A DNA stretch of 64,000 nt, from NCBI GenBank assembly GCA_003971905.1, contig RSEE01000022.1:682001-746000 (forward strand), written 5' to 3'. The notes beneath the pieces were generated by a model. It ran no database searches. It was not told the DNA's origin and saw nothing but the letters and a program-made list of their open reading frames with translations. The number at the start of each line of letters is the position of its first letter. The stretch's first letter is position 1. The position numbers were made by a program, and so were the translations under genes. The stretch comes from Moniliella sp. 'wahieum'. Its lineage: Eukaryota. This document shows positions 1 to 11,699 of this stretch, one piece after another.

Positions 1-538
1 GTGGGCTAGCTGCTCAGGGTTCTCGTGCCTCGGTCGCAGCAGAACGGGCCGTGGTGTGTCCCCCCTGCCAACTGCCTTGTCGCGTGACGAGGTGAACCAA
101 TTTATCGAGGTCGCCCTGCCGTCGACCGCGGCGGGCGGGATGAGCGGCCTTGATCTCGCACAGGACAATACCTTGTACCCCGTCGTGCGGTTCGTGAATG
201 GCAAGGAATATCTAGTGGTGCATGTGGAGCATCGGGTGGAAGACCATCTTGGGCGGGAAGAAGGTGCACGAGCACAGGTGCCACTCATGTTAGCGTGGTC
301 CATGTCGATCCACAAGGCACAAGGAATGACGCTGGATAAAGTGTCTATCGATTTGTCGCGCGCGTTTGAAAAGGGACAAGCGTACGTAGCGCTTTCGCGT
401 GCGACCGACCTCAATCTTCTTCAGGTCCGTGGGTTTTCCGTGGACCGCGTGCGTGCCGATCCGCTCGTCGTCGCGTGGGAACAACAAGTCCTTCAAGCTC
501 AAACTCTTTCTTCGTCAACGCGCTCACAGGAAACGTAA
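1..538 (+). CDS. PIF1: Pif1-family DNA helicase, 3' end (runs in from outside the window)
   Basis: QVPLMLAWSMSIHKAQGMTLD and FEKGQAYVALSRA match the SF1B/Pif1 C-terminal helicase motifs; stop at 536-538. Confidence 0.9.
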   Translation, partial: WASCSGFSCLGRSRTGRGVSPLPTALSRDEVNQFIEVALPSTAAGGMSGLDLAQDNTLYPVVRFVNGKEYLVVHVEHRVEDHLGREEGARAQVPLMLAWSMSIHKAQGMTLDKVSIDLSRAFEKGQAYVALSRATDLNLLQVRGFSVDRVRADPLVVAWEQQVLQAQTLSSSTRSQET

Positions 539-949
539 ACAACAAGCCCTCGCCGCTCAGCAGCAGAGTACCCGTGGCGATGCACTGCGCTTGACGTTCA
601 AAGACAACACGACCCATGCCTCGGCACATTCCCTCCTTGCCAACCACAAGTCTTCTGCTCCCGCAAGAAGCGTCGTATATATGATTGAGAGGGATACGGC
701 TAGTCAGGCTGTCCTATCATCATTACCAACCTCATCCCGTGGCGGGAGCTGAAAGGAAAGAGGAATTGCCATCAACGTCTATAGTTTATACATCCCTTGC
801 AAACAAAAACCGTCGTCGCCTCACATAGAGCCATAGGTACCTCGAGTGTACAATGTTCGATGATCATTATGGTCTTCTACTGTTACCAAACGTTCCCTTT
901 CATAAGGATTGCCATGCAATGATTAGTGCGTAAAGCCTGTTTGACCGAG

Positions 950-3167
950 TCACGCTTTGGGCGCTGCCCCTGGAGCACCTTTTTCCGTCACGTCACGCAA
1001 GAGGTGGAGCGCCTTGACGACGTTTGGACAAACGCTGATGTCGACGCAGTGGAGCGCTTGGCCTCAATCCCAAACTTGAGCAGCTTCGAACCAGCAAGGT
1101 AGTTGCACCCGTACCCATCTGGATAGCCCGCGCCAAAGCCCGTACCGGCAATGCGGTCTCCCGCACTCAAGCCCGAAGTGGACAAGGTCCAGGTCTGACT
1201 CGCCCCCAACGCTTCGTCCGCCAAGAGCGCTGGGACGGGACCGTCGCGCGTCGGATCAAACACCAGTCGTAACCCCGTAATGTGACGGTCAATTCCCTTG
1301 CCAAAGCTCGCGTTGCGGGTCTGGACCGTGTGCGCCGTGCAGGCCTTGACCAGGCGCTCGTACAACTTGGCAGGATCTGTCCCGTCGCCCCGGACGAGGT
1401 CACGGACAAACTCGTAGCTCTCAATCGAAAACGACCGAATCACATCCGTCCGTCCGTTCTTGAAGAATCGCGTAGAGGCCGTCTCGTAAGTCGGCGTCTG
1501 GCTGCCATAGTCAAGGCCATAGCTACTTGAAGCACCGTTTGAAGGTAGGCGTCGGGGCTGACCTTGGCCACCTTCTTGATCCACTCTGCGCCGTACTCGT
1601 CAAACCAAAGCACCCGCGCATCACTTTCGACCGCCATGGCCAGCGCCTTGCGTGTCGATTGGTCAATCGCCTGGGTTAGGCTGGCGTCCAGATCAAAGTC
1701 TCTCCGTACAAACGTAGCCGAGGCGAGCGACATGTCTTCCTTGGTTGTCAACGGCGACTCAGGGAAAGGCTGGTCGGGCGGTGTAGCAGGAATGGCTGAA
1801 GCATAGTCCGACATGATGCCTGGGATCAGAGCGTCCACCGGCGAGTGTTCCCCCATGATCCCGGCCCGTCCGTTGGGCTCCACAATAGAGTCAAAGATTT
1901 ATCAAACCATCGGTTGTGGCCACCGCGACCCGTGCCATTCTCGTTGCGCGCATGCGCATCAATCCATCTCGGCGAGCTGCTACCCCTTGCCCAGTTCCCT
2001 CGGGAGAAGGCAAGATCGATGTATCAATAGCCAGGGCAAATAGCGAACGTTGATCGACTGAACCGATTCCACGTTCTGCTCCGACACACGTAACAGTTCC
2101 TCCCGCTTTACCGCCATGTGTCCCGTTCGTCGCTGCTCAGCACCCCTACCCCGGACCATCGGGACGCGTCTTGGCGTCGGCCACTAGCGCTTTGAGCCCC
2201 TCCTCAATCGCCCCGGGGGTCAGGATCTTGCCTGTGGCAGGGTCGATGACTTGCAGCTCGTAGTAATTGTTGCGGATGGACACGGTGATAAAGTAGGCAG
2301 GAGGGTCAGATGCGACCGCTTGAGCCGCAGGCACAGTAGGTGGGGCAGGACGTGTGTTCCAATCGTGCGGCAGCGCCGGGATGCGCGTCACACCATACAC
2401 ATTGGCGTATTGGTGCATGCAGAACGGCCCGGCGCGCGTTACATCCGGAGCAAGCGTTTCCGCATCTAGGCGCAGCTTGAACTCGACGTAACGCCATGTC
2501 AGCCAAGCTGCCCGTCGCAGTCCCACGTCCAACTGGTCCCAGTTGGCTGGGCCGAGGAGCGCACTCGTGTCAATGGGCGTCTCCGCCGACGTTGTGGCTA
2601 GATCAGCGAGCGAGACAGAGGGATCACCGGCATGTGCGATATCAGCCTGACTGCAGGTTGGAATCGGGCGCGAACATGAACCACCAGTTGGAATTGATCA
2701 GGAGCGGGACCCGCCACTCGATACGCCTTTTGGAGCCAACCGGTCGTCCAACCAGTTATTGGGGGTCGAAGCATCAACATCGTGCAAACGTAGCTGAAGG
2801 GTATGCGCAATGCTCTTGTCGGACAAGAACTCTTCGGCCCAAGCCTTACGTTTGGCCAGTTCCGAAGCGGCGGTCGCCCCGGGAGGCAACTTGCCCAGTT
2901 CCTCCTGTTGGGCAAAAATGGGCTCGAGAGACTTGAGATACTTTGTCACCGTCTGCTCGAGCGGTGGGATGGGGAGGCGAGGCAGACCGCGTTGGTACTG
3001 GAATGTGCTGGCTGCCGTCTTGTCATCGGGACGGACGCGCGTGGGGAAACGCAGACGGGCAACATGCGCCTGGTGAAAGAGGCGGGTGGGGCGGGAGCAA
3101 AGGAGCGAAGGACGTTCGGCCGGGCTGCCAGGCCAGAGGATGAGGTGGCTGCAACGACCGACAACAT
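950..3167 (-). CDS. Carnitine O-acyltransferase (choline/carnitine acyltransferase family) with probable mitochondrial presequence; several frameshifts
   Basis: LPRLPIPPLEQT, NNWLDD, NHRLW, GEHSPVDA (catalytic His), SPDAYLQ, TYETASTRFFKNGRTD, GKGIDRH, LSTS, PDGYG spread across frames; Arg/Ser-rich N-terminus MLSVVAATSSSGLAAR; ends APKA-stop. Confidence 0.88.
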
Positions 3168-3523
3168 GGCGACGGGCGAGGGCGGAGGTGGTGGTGGCAG
3201 TGGTGGGGGGGGGCGTGGATGACGGGGTTCCCTGTGAGCCAGCAGGGAGGAGCAGGTGAGCGCCGGTGAGCACAGGCAGCAAAAGCGACCACCACTCGGC
3301 CCGACCGGTCCGGCGCGGTCGTTAGTGGGGCTAAAGGGCGCACAACGCAGTGTGAAAGTCGCCCGTGTACGTAATCGGCAGCACGTGCCGCGCACCCCCG
3401 CCTATGGCTCTGATTTCTGATTCCTGTGCTCCACACCTCCACGCCCAGGCGAGCTCTTCCAGCTCCACCCACGTGCACGCGGAGATCGCCGAGCGCGAGG
3501 TGGCGGCCAACGCGCATGTTTGT

Positions 3524-4665
3524 CTATTCAGCTCCTGCTTCCCCCTTGTTCCGATCGTTTGCATGAAGGAAGAGCCATACCACTTCAACAGTGCCACTAC
3601 AGTTCCATCTCAACGTCGTCCTCCGCCGGAGCAGTCGCGGCGGGGCCGCTGGCGCCGACACCTCGACCGGATCCGCCCCCGCTCCCGAGGTCGCAGCCTG
3701 TGCCCCAGAGGCCTCCGTCTGCGCCCCAGAAGTCGTCGTCTCCGTCTCATTCGCTTGCGGCTCACGCCCCACAGGCGGAGCATTCATGAATGCATCCAGC
3801 TCCGCATCCAGGTCATCCTTGGTAGTGGGTGACGCCGCTCCCGATTGCTACGGGGAGCACGGGCTCCCGCACGGCCCCCCTTGGCCGCACGGCCGCCGCG
3901 ACCTCCATCTCACCACGTGCATCACGGCGTCCGCGGCGGCCACGGCCGTCCTTCCCTCCTCTTCGTGAAAGCGGTCACGCAGGCCCCGCCGGTCTTCCTC
4001 CCGCGTTGCGAGGCGGGTGTTTAGATCGGGTCCGGCCAAGCGGGAGTCCAGCCCATCCCACGGCCATTGTTGAAGCGGCCATTTGGTGAGCGGGAGCGGG
4101 AACGGCCATGGCCACGACCATACGACCTTGTCGTCTGTTCTGATCAAAGGCGACATGGATCGTCTGTCCCTTGGCCTTGGCGCCGTTAAACTCCGAAACA
4201 GCCCGTTCCGCATCAGACAGTTGGACCATAGTTACAGTCGCCTTTCCTGTCGACCGGCCTGAGCGGTCAAACTAGGAACAAAATTAGCTAGGGGGTTCGC
4301 AAAAACGGAACTATTCCCAAAAGGCACGTACTTCGATCTGTGGTCCCGCTTCGACAGGACCAATTCCCTGGAATAAGCCCTTGAGCTCAGACTCGGTCAC
4401 CTCGTAGTGCAAGTTGGTGATGCTCAGGTGCCGCGAAGCTCTGGGACGCGCGGGTCGTGTAGGTCATGGCTCCACGTGCCGTCAGAGCGCCCAACTCGTT
4501 GCTTCGGGGACACCGGGCGGATCAGTACTAGCGCAGGAGCAGCAGCAGAACAGACGAACCGATTCAGGATCGTTGTAGGGGTTTCGGTATTGGCGAGGGG
4601 CCGCGACTGCGACCGCCAACAAGACTGCCAACCGAGCGGGAATACTTTTCGTTGTGGTCCCCCAT
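3524..4665 (-). CDS. Single-RRM RNA-binding protein, Yra1/ALYREF(THOC4)-like; intron 4272-4331
   Basis: LSITNLHYEVTESELKGLF...FDRSGRSTGKATV...AERAVSEFNG resembles the ALY/REF RRM; RG-rich tail; GTACGT...CCTAG intron; 3' end approximate. Confidence 0.7.
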
Positions 4666-6089
4666 GATTCTGCACAGCGAAGGCAAGACGATAGACGGGA
4701 TGCGGGAGGGGGTGGATGAGGGAGAAGGAGATGGTCGCCTGTCCAGTCCGCCAGGTTGTCCCATTCCAGCTGACTGCGTCCTTCGGGGCCAAGAAAGCGA
4801 TGCCGTAATCACTGTCACGTGCCGGTAATGTTGCGGGGGCTGGTAATTTGACGTCGTGGACTGGACGTCGTTATATACTGGAGGATGGAAGGGGATCAGG
4901 CGCCGCCGTCTTAGGATGCGCCTCCGTGGCCCTCGAACGTCGTTAATGCATCCCTAACTACCATCCACTCTCCCTCTCTCAAGCAGCGTGCGATTGTTCA
5001 TTATGCGTCACGTAGTAAGCCAGCCAAATTACGGCCGCTTTCGTGTCCGCTCCCGCATTTGTTGCGTTTTCTGTCTCCCGTCCTTTTCCTTTTTTGCAAC
5101 AGGCCCTGTGACCGCCTTGCCCTCGCTTGGTTCAGTCTCAGCTTGAAGAGTGGTAGGTATCACGTACAGGTGCTGGTCTGTGAGTGTCATGAGAGAACAG
5201 GGACCTTCCCGCTTTCTGAGCTTGGTTTATTCATTGTTCTTGTGGTGTCCAAAAATCCAGTGTAGCCCTGCTATATTGGATCTTCCTTTACCTCCAGTTC
5301 CACCGCGGCTAGTTGGACTACGGACTTGGCAACACTCCCGCCATTTTTTCAACAAGGACAATACGAGCTCCATGAATTCGAAGGGTCGGCCAATTCTCTC
5401 ATCCCCTCCTGTACTACCCCAACCAAGCAGGCTGCAAAGGAGCCACTGAACGCAATGGGATTGAGCACAGTAGTGCCCTCACCTGCATCTGGTTCTCTTC
5501 TACGCCAACATTCATTGAAACTATTTTAAGCCCCTTAAAACGATGCTGGTCCACTGGAAAGAACGAGCTAGAAAAACAATTTGGAGATGAGCGTTCCCTT
5601 CCATGTTGTCTATGCCCCCATCCGTATCCACTCACGCACCATTCTGCCCGTCGAGTTCGGGAACGAAAGGTGACATCCATGCCTAAGTCTCCATGTCGGC
5701 ATAACGCGTTGGGGAAGCGAGGGTGGAGGCTACAAAAGAGACACGGGACGATGATCGATCAGGGGCATCGACTATTGACATGCACGCATGTCACGTGGAC
5801 CAGCCTGGCGTGACGATTGAAATGTGAACTCGAGAAGCAAGAACAAGACGCGGGATCATCGATCAGATCGATCAGATCGATCATCGCTCAGTACTCAGTA
5901 GGGTTGGGTGGTCGATCCCCAGAGAGCAGGGCGCCACTGTGTCAATTATTGCGCCATGCAAATACGGCGGGCAAGCGACGATGTGCCTCGCCGTCCGACG
6001 CTCTAATCCAGGCCAAGCTCCGGGAGAAGCCAGTCGACTCGGCTTGCGTCCTGCCCTCTGTCTGCGCTACCACCGACCGATCCACCACA

Positions 6090-6682
6090 ATGATCATCCC
6101 CAAGGACAACCGCAAGAAGATCTACTCGGAGCTCATCCAGGAAGGTGTCTCGTCGCCCCCAAGGACTTCGAGATCACCCACCCTTACTCGAGCTGCCCAA
6201 CTTGCAAGTGGTCAAGGCCGCCAGTCGCTCACTCGCGCGGCTACCTCAAGACCCAGTTCAGCTGGCAGTGGTACTACTACACCCTCACCCCTGAGGTACG
6301 TACCTCCTTCTTCCTCTCCTTGATCATTTTCCCCCCTTCCCCCCTTGCGCGCCTACGTATTCGTGGTGGGATATCTTCCCTAGTGCCTCCTAGTGCATCA
6401 TCCTTTCGTTCTTCTGACACGCACACTTTCACCCTCTAGGGCTTGGACTACCTCCGTGAGTACCTCCACTTGCCGGCGGAGATTGTGCCTGCGACGCACA
6501 AGCGTCCGCGCCCGGCCCGCGCTGGTCCCCCGACCGGTGCCCCCGGTGCGTACCGTGCCCCGCGCCCGGACCGCGGCGAGTACCGCCGCAAGGAGGAAGG
6601 TGCGCCGGGTGACTACCGCCCCCGCTTCTCGGGCGCTCGCCCCCTCGCGAGTAAACGCTTGTCCTACCCGGTAACCCTGTAG
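6090..6682 (+). CDS. RPS10: 40S ribosomal protein S10 (eS10); intron 6296-6439
   Basis: MIIPKDNRKKIY..GVLVAPKDF, RGYLKTQFSWQWYYYTLTPE|GLDYLREYLHLPAEIVPATH; four 1-bp deletions in exon 1; true stop may be ~6654. Confidence 0.95.
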
Positions 6683-7925
6683 GTTGGGCGCCAGACCCTC
6701 CCCTCCCCTCTGGGGACGCTCGTAGCCCTCGGGCGCCTGACTTGTTTCCTCGTTGTGGTTGCGGTTGCCTTGGTGGGCTGGCGGTGGGCGGTTGCTTGCC
6801 GCCCGGGTTCGAAAAGATCGCGGGTAGCGCACCATGTTCGGTCGTGGTTTAGACCTGGCGCTGCCATCGGCCCCAAAACGCATGTCTGTATCGACCATGC
6901 CATTTTTCTTCTGGCGGATTTTTGATGAGTAGGGCGATAGAGGCTTGGGTAGAGATCATCGATACTTGATAACATCCGACCACCGCGTTTCGGGCCACTC
7001 CTTCATGGTGCTGGGTGCTGCCTCTGTACGGTTGAGCGCCCGTGCAGGGTTTCGCCTTGGTCCTTTGGTGATGTACAGGCGTGGCCTTGTCCCTGGAGGT
7101 ACACCAGGTGGGGGTACACCAGGTGCTAGTGGGTCAGAAGCAGATGGGTGGCAGCTAGGGGCCGCGTTTGCCTATTCCAGATCCGTCATCTCTGCTTCCG
7201 ATGAATATTCAGTACCTTCCCCCGGCCGTCGTGAACGAAAGAGGCGTTAACTGAGGTGTTAACAACGATGGGCTGGATCTGTGCCCAACTGCGCTGGAGG
7301 GGTTATGCGAGTTACGGTAACCGGTAACACCCGAACCCGCTCGTTTTGGCCAGATACAGGATGCTCTTACCTACTAAGTGCCCGTCCGTCCGTTTATCGT
7401 CAGTCATTCTTCCCCCTCTCATTTCAACACCCAGCCATCCAGCCAACCACTGGGCCAACCAATCAACCTGCTAACCCTCTTCCACTCGTCAATCGCAACG
7501 TCGATACAAATTACACATCGTATCGGCTGGACAGAGCAGCCACAAGAGAGAGAAACAGAGAAACAGAGAAATGGAGAGATGGAGAGATGAAAGAGAATGA
7601 GAGATGGAAGAGAAATGAGAGATGATGAGAGATGGAGTGATGGAGAGATGGAGCGAGTCAGACAAACAGAGACAAACCGACGGGAAAAGCTAAGAGTGAG
7701 CGATGAAGAGATGAAGCTTGAGCTTGAAGAGGCTCGAGATGCCAAGCACAGGAAGCCAACAAGGCAGCGAGCAAAAAAGGGAAACGAAAGCGTGCGGGCA
7801 ACCGAGACAGGCACGCTTATTTTTTTGGTAAGCAAACGACGAGATGGCACATGATGCATGAGCCACGAGTCATGAGCCACGAATGACGAGGCAAGAGAGA
7901 GACGGGGATCCGCACTCGACAAGAG

Positions 7926-7987
7926 ATGGGGTGGGATGGGATCGAATGGGATGGGATGGGATGGGATGGGATGGAATCGGATCGGAT
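7926..7987 (+). repeat. (GGGAT)n pentanucleotide microsatellite downstream of the SFP1-like gene
   Basis: gggatgggatgggatgggatgggatgg seen directly. Confidence 0.8.
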
Positions 7988-7993
7988 GCAAGG

Positions 7994-10341
7994 TTACAAA
8001 TCGGTGTCCATCGCATCTAGGGCCATCTCATGATCCTGCTCCTGTTCCCGTTCCCGGTCTCGGTTGCGGTCCCGGTCCCGATCCAGGTCGGGATCGTGAC
8101 CAAACTGTGGCGCGGTATCGGCATCAACGATGGCCTGCATTTCCTGGGTTTGTTTATGGTTGTGGCCGGGACCTCCGCCGGCCAAAGCGTGGGCTTGGAT
8201 CATCTCGACGGTGCGAGGGGTGACATGCGCTTTGTGAGCTTGCATCTCTGCTGCCAAACGAGCTGCACGAGCCACTTCTTCCGGCTCCATCGTTGCCGTC
8301 GACACGACCGCTTTGCCATCCTTGCCCATCTTGGCTGAACTCCCTCCCCCATACGCATGCAGCACTTGTAACCCCAACAAACCATGCGACCCAGAGTGAA
8401 GGTAATGGTACCGCAACCCATTCAAGTTCTTGTACGTCTTGCCACACGTACCCACTTGACATACATATAGCATCCGTGCGTCTTCTGTCCCCATCGCGCT
8501 TCCCACAGCGGAGGAGGTACCTGCCCCTGCCCCTGCCACGGGTGCTGAGAACACCAACGAGGGCTGCACACCCACTGTGTTCAAAGACACCGTTGCTCCA
8601 CTGTTTGAACCCCCAGGTCCTACCGCCGCAACGCCCGGAACAACCTTGGATCCTGGAGAGGAGGCAGCTGGCCCTGTCCCGCCTCCACTTGGCAGCCCAG
8701 CCAGCCGACTGGGACCGCCCGTGTGGACACGGACGCCTACGGGGGCCGAACCAACGGAACCCAAAGCACTGGGATGCGTAAGGCCAGGCGACGTGTGCGG
8801 GGTAGAACCTGGCGGGGTCGCACCGGCACCGGCTGGCACAAGTAAATTTTGGTTGCAATGACCATGGACCCGATGGTACTTGAGTCCGTTCATTTGCTTG
8901 TACGCCTTGTCGCACCCGACTGACGGACACTTGTACGGTTTGTCCACTTTGCCAGGCGCAACAAGCAGCGCGTGCGGATCCACCTCGCCTAGGTCCACAG
9001 CGCTCCGTTCGTCCCGATTCCGGTTCCGGGTCCGGTTCGGTGCGCCCCACCAGCGGCAGCAGCGTGCGCAGAGCTAAGCGGAAGCATGCTCAGTTTACTC
9101 GTACTGGTACTGGTGTTGGTATTGGTATGGGTATGGGCACTGTTCGCGTGCGGGGTGGCTGAAGCAGAGGAGCCAAAGGGGAAGGCTACGCTCCCAGTCG
9201 CAGTCCCAAACGTACCGGTCGTCGCAGCTGCAGGCTGGCCAGACGCGGCCCCAGTCCCAGGAAAGAATAAGTTGGGTGGCGCACAAGAAGGAAGAGCATG
9301 TTGTTCTTCCTGGGCGGGCGAGCGCAACGAAAAGCCTCCGGCCCCTAGGAATCCTGAGGTGGCACTGTGTGTGCCAAGCAAGGCGCCGGGGCCAGTTGCT
9401 TCTCTGCGGCCAGTGCTAAATGGCGAAGCCGAAGCAGTACGACGCGACGCCGACAGGTGCTTCAACGAAGTGGGCAGCCCACTGTGCAAAGTGCTGGACG
9501 GGGTGGGGTTGTGGAACGTGCCAAGTGCACGTTTGCGCTGGTTGACAGCGGCGAGAGCAGCTGCGTTGGCGGACAAGGGCCGGGTACCGTTCGAGTGGCA
9601 TGGCGCTTGGGGTGTCGCGGTAGAGGTAGCTGCGGCTGCGGCTACAGCAGCTGCGGGACTGGACGGGTTGGACGAGTGGGAAGAGGAAGGCTCGGAACTT
9701 GTGTCGTCCTGTACCATCCCAGGTGGCGGTGTGTCGTCGGGATCGTCCAGACGCACATGGTGCTCCTCGTAGTGCTGCAGCAGGTCGTGCAGGTCAAGCA
9801 GGTCCAACCCACAACAGGTAAAGTTGCGGCAAAACGTAGATTCGAGTTGGTTGATCGCCCGGAGTGAGTCAGGAGCCCAGCCAGCCTGGTCCGAACCGAT
9901 CGACGTGCCAAACTTGGCCATCTGAGGGTCGTGCGGCCTGGAAGACGAGGAGGAGGTAAGGGTTAGGTGGACAGCGGACGGTGAACGGGCGGGAGGGACA
10001 AAAAACAAGAAAAAGAGACATACTCGATCATCATGCTGTCGCGGCCGTAGGACATGCCTGGACCGCCAAAGCCAGTGCCGCCGCGCCAAGACGAGGCAGA
10101 GGTGCCAGCAGCGTAGAAGCGGAAAGACTGGCCACCCATAAAGGGGGAGCGGCCGTAGGAGTTGGTCAAGGACATGGGCGCAACCGAGCCGCTGAGAGAG
10201 CCGGCGCCAAAGCTCATGGGGGTGGCAAGCGAGGACCCCAACAACGAGCCACGCCGGCCGGGAGGCAGGCTGGGGTGGGCCTCGTCGGGGGCGTGTGCCC
10301 CAGGTGGAGGAGCTGGCGTGGATGGGGATGGGCGTCGGCAT
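7994..10341 (-). CDS. SFP1: Sfp1-like split C2H2 zinc-finger transcription factor; intron 9938-10023
   Basis: LESTFCRNFTCCGLDLLDLHDLLQHYEEHH N-terminal finger; KPYKCPSVGCDKAYKQMNGLKYHRVHGHC and YVCQVGTCGKTYKNLNGLRYH fingers typical of Sfp1. Confidence 0.85.
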
Positions 10342-10875
10342 CCTCCGGGACGCGGGACGGGAGGGTGGGGGTGGTGGTGGCGGTGGGTTGGTGGGTTGGG
10401 GGTGCGCGCTGGACGGTCGGAGAGAACAGAGGGAGACGGCCGGGTGGGTATTCGGCGGCGGCTATGCAATCCAACCAAGCACCGCACCAGAGCGCTGTGC
10501 CGCACTGTGCCCGCGCCCTTGCAGGCCGGAGCGCACTGGCCTCGTCTACTCGACTTGTCCACTCGCCTGCGTTGCACTTTGCCCTCGGGCCTAGTTGCCT
10601 AGTAGCCTAGTTGCTAGTTGCCCCCGCCGCATTTCCAAAAAAAAGTCGCGCCCAGCCGGCACGCCCATCATGCATCAGCATCACCATTCCCACCCCATCA
10701 CCATCACCGTCTCCATCACCATCACCACTCCGTCTGAGGACGTGCGTACACTCGCTCTCCGCCCCTCCGCCACCGGCCACCAGCTGTCGTCACCCATTCG
10801 CCCGTACCCGCCTGGCGGCAGTGTCAGTGCCACATGTCATCGATCGTCCGTCGCGGCAGTCACCCACTGGCACAG

Positions 10876-11699
10876 TCACATGTCACATGTCACATGTCCC
10901 ACGCCGACGCTCTGCCAGCGTCGCTGGTCGCATGGCTGCGCCGTGCCTGGCTGCCTGGCCTGTGCTGTGTCGCCCACGTACCGACTCCAGTGCACCACGG
11001 CAGGACGGATGAGCGCATGGGCCTCCTCGACCTCAGTCACTAGTCACTAGTCATCCAATCCATCAACCCTCGCAGGCCAGAGGGAGAACATCAAACGTCG
11101 AGGGGCGAACGGCGAACGCCGACGTCTGGACCCAAGATGCCGAAGACACGTGATCGTGTGACATGTGACATGTGGCATGGGATCGATGATCAAGCAATCG
11201 ATGATGCTGGGGAGACAGCGCGCATGGGCGGGATCTGCGATCGGAGGATCTGAGATCGCAGTCTGAGATCGGACAGTAGAGCTGGCACAAGCATCCAGAA
11301 GGGGGGCTGTGTGTAGTTGGTGCATGATCACCATGCATCATGCATGATGCAGCCGCGTGGGTACGTAGCGCTCAGGCAAAGCACACAATTGATTTGGGGC
11401 TGGAAGACTGCTGCAGTGGGAGCGTCCCGCGACTAGTGAGCTAGTGCCACTGAGGGTCCTGAGGCCTGAGTGTGACATGCGGAAACAGTGGCCTGGTGGC
11501 TGGTACAGTGACCTGTGACTTGATGCGGTCGAGACCCCCCAGACCCTCCCACTGGCCCACCACTCTATGTCCCACGTCTACGTCCATGTCCACGTCCATG
11601 TCCATGTCCATGTCCAGTGTATTGACCAGCATCTTTTGAGCAGAATTATTAATTAGTCAGAATCCTTGGTCCTAGCGGACTTTCAACGTTCAACGTTGG
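10876..11699. promoter_or_regulatory. Cluster of 7-bp-period TSA-palindrome arrays upstream of the SFP1-like gene
   Basis: (TCACATG)3 10876; (TCACTAG)2TCA 11037; (TGACATG)2 11159; CCA-TGCA-TCA-TGCA-TGA-TGCA 11331; TGAGGCCTGA 11460; (TCAACGT)2 11683; regulatory role is inferred from position only. Confidence 0.5.

Noticed and set aside
923..952. Cryptic peroxisomal targeting by stop read-through in the carnitine acyltransferase
   Set aside because: Context is TGA CTC rather than TGA CTA, and the extension (LGQTGFTH) does not end in a PTS1
6296..6439. Intronic snoRNA in RPS10
   Set aside because: No C box (RTGATGA) or convincing H/ACA structure visible
8030..10610. Long antisense ORFs over SFP1 and other genes
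   Set aside because: Expected shadows of GC-rich coding sequence with no recognisable domains
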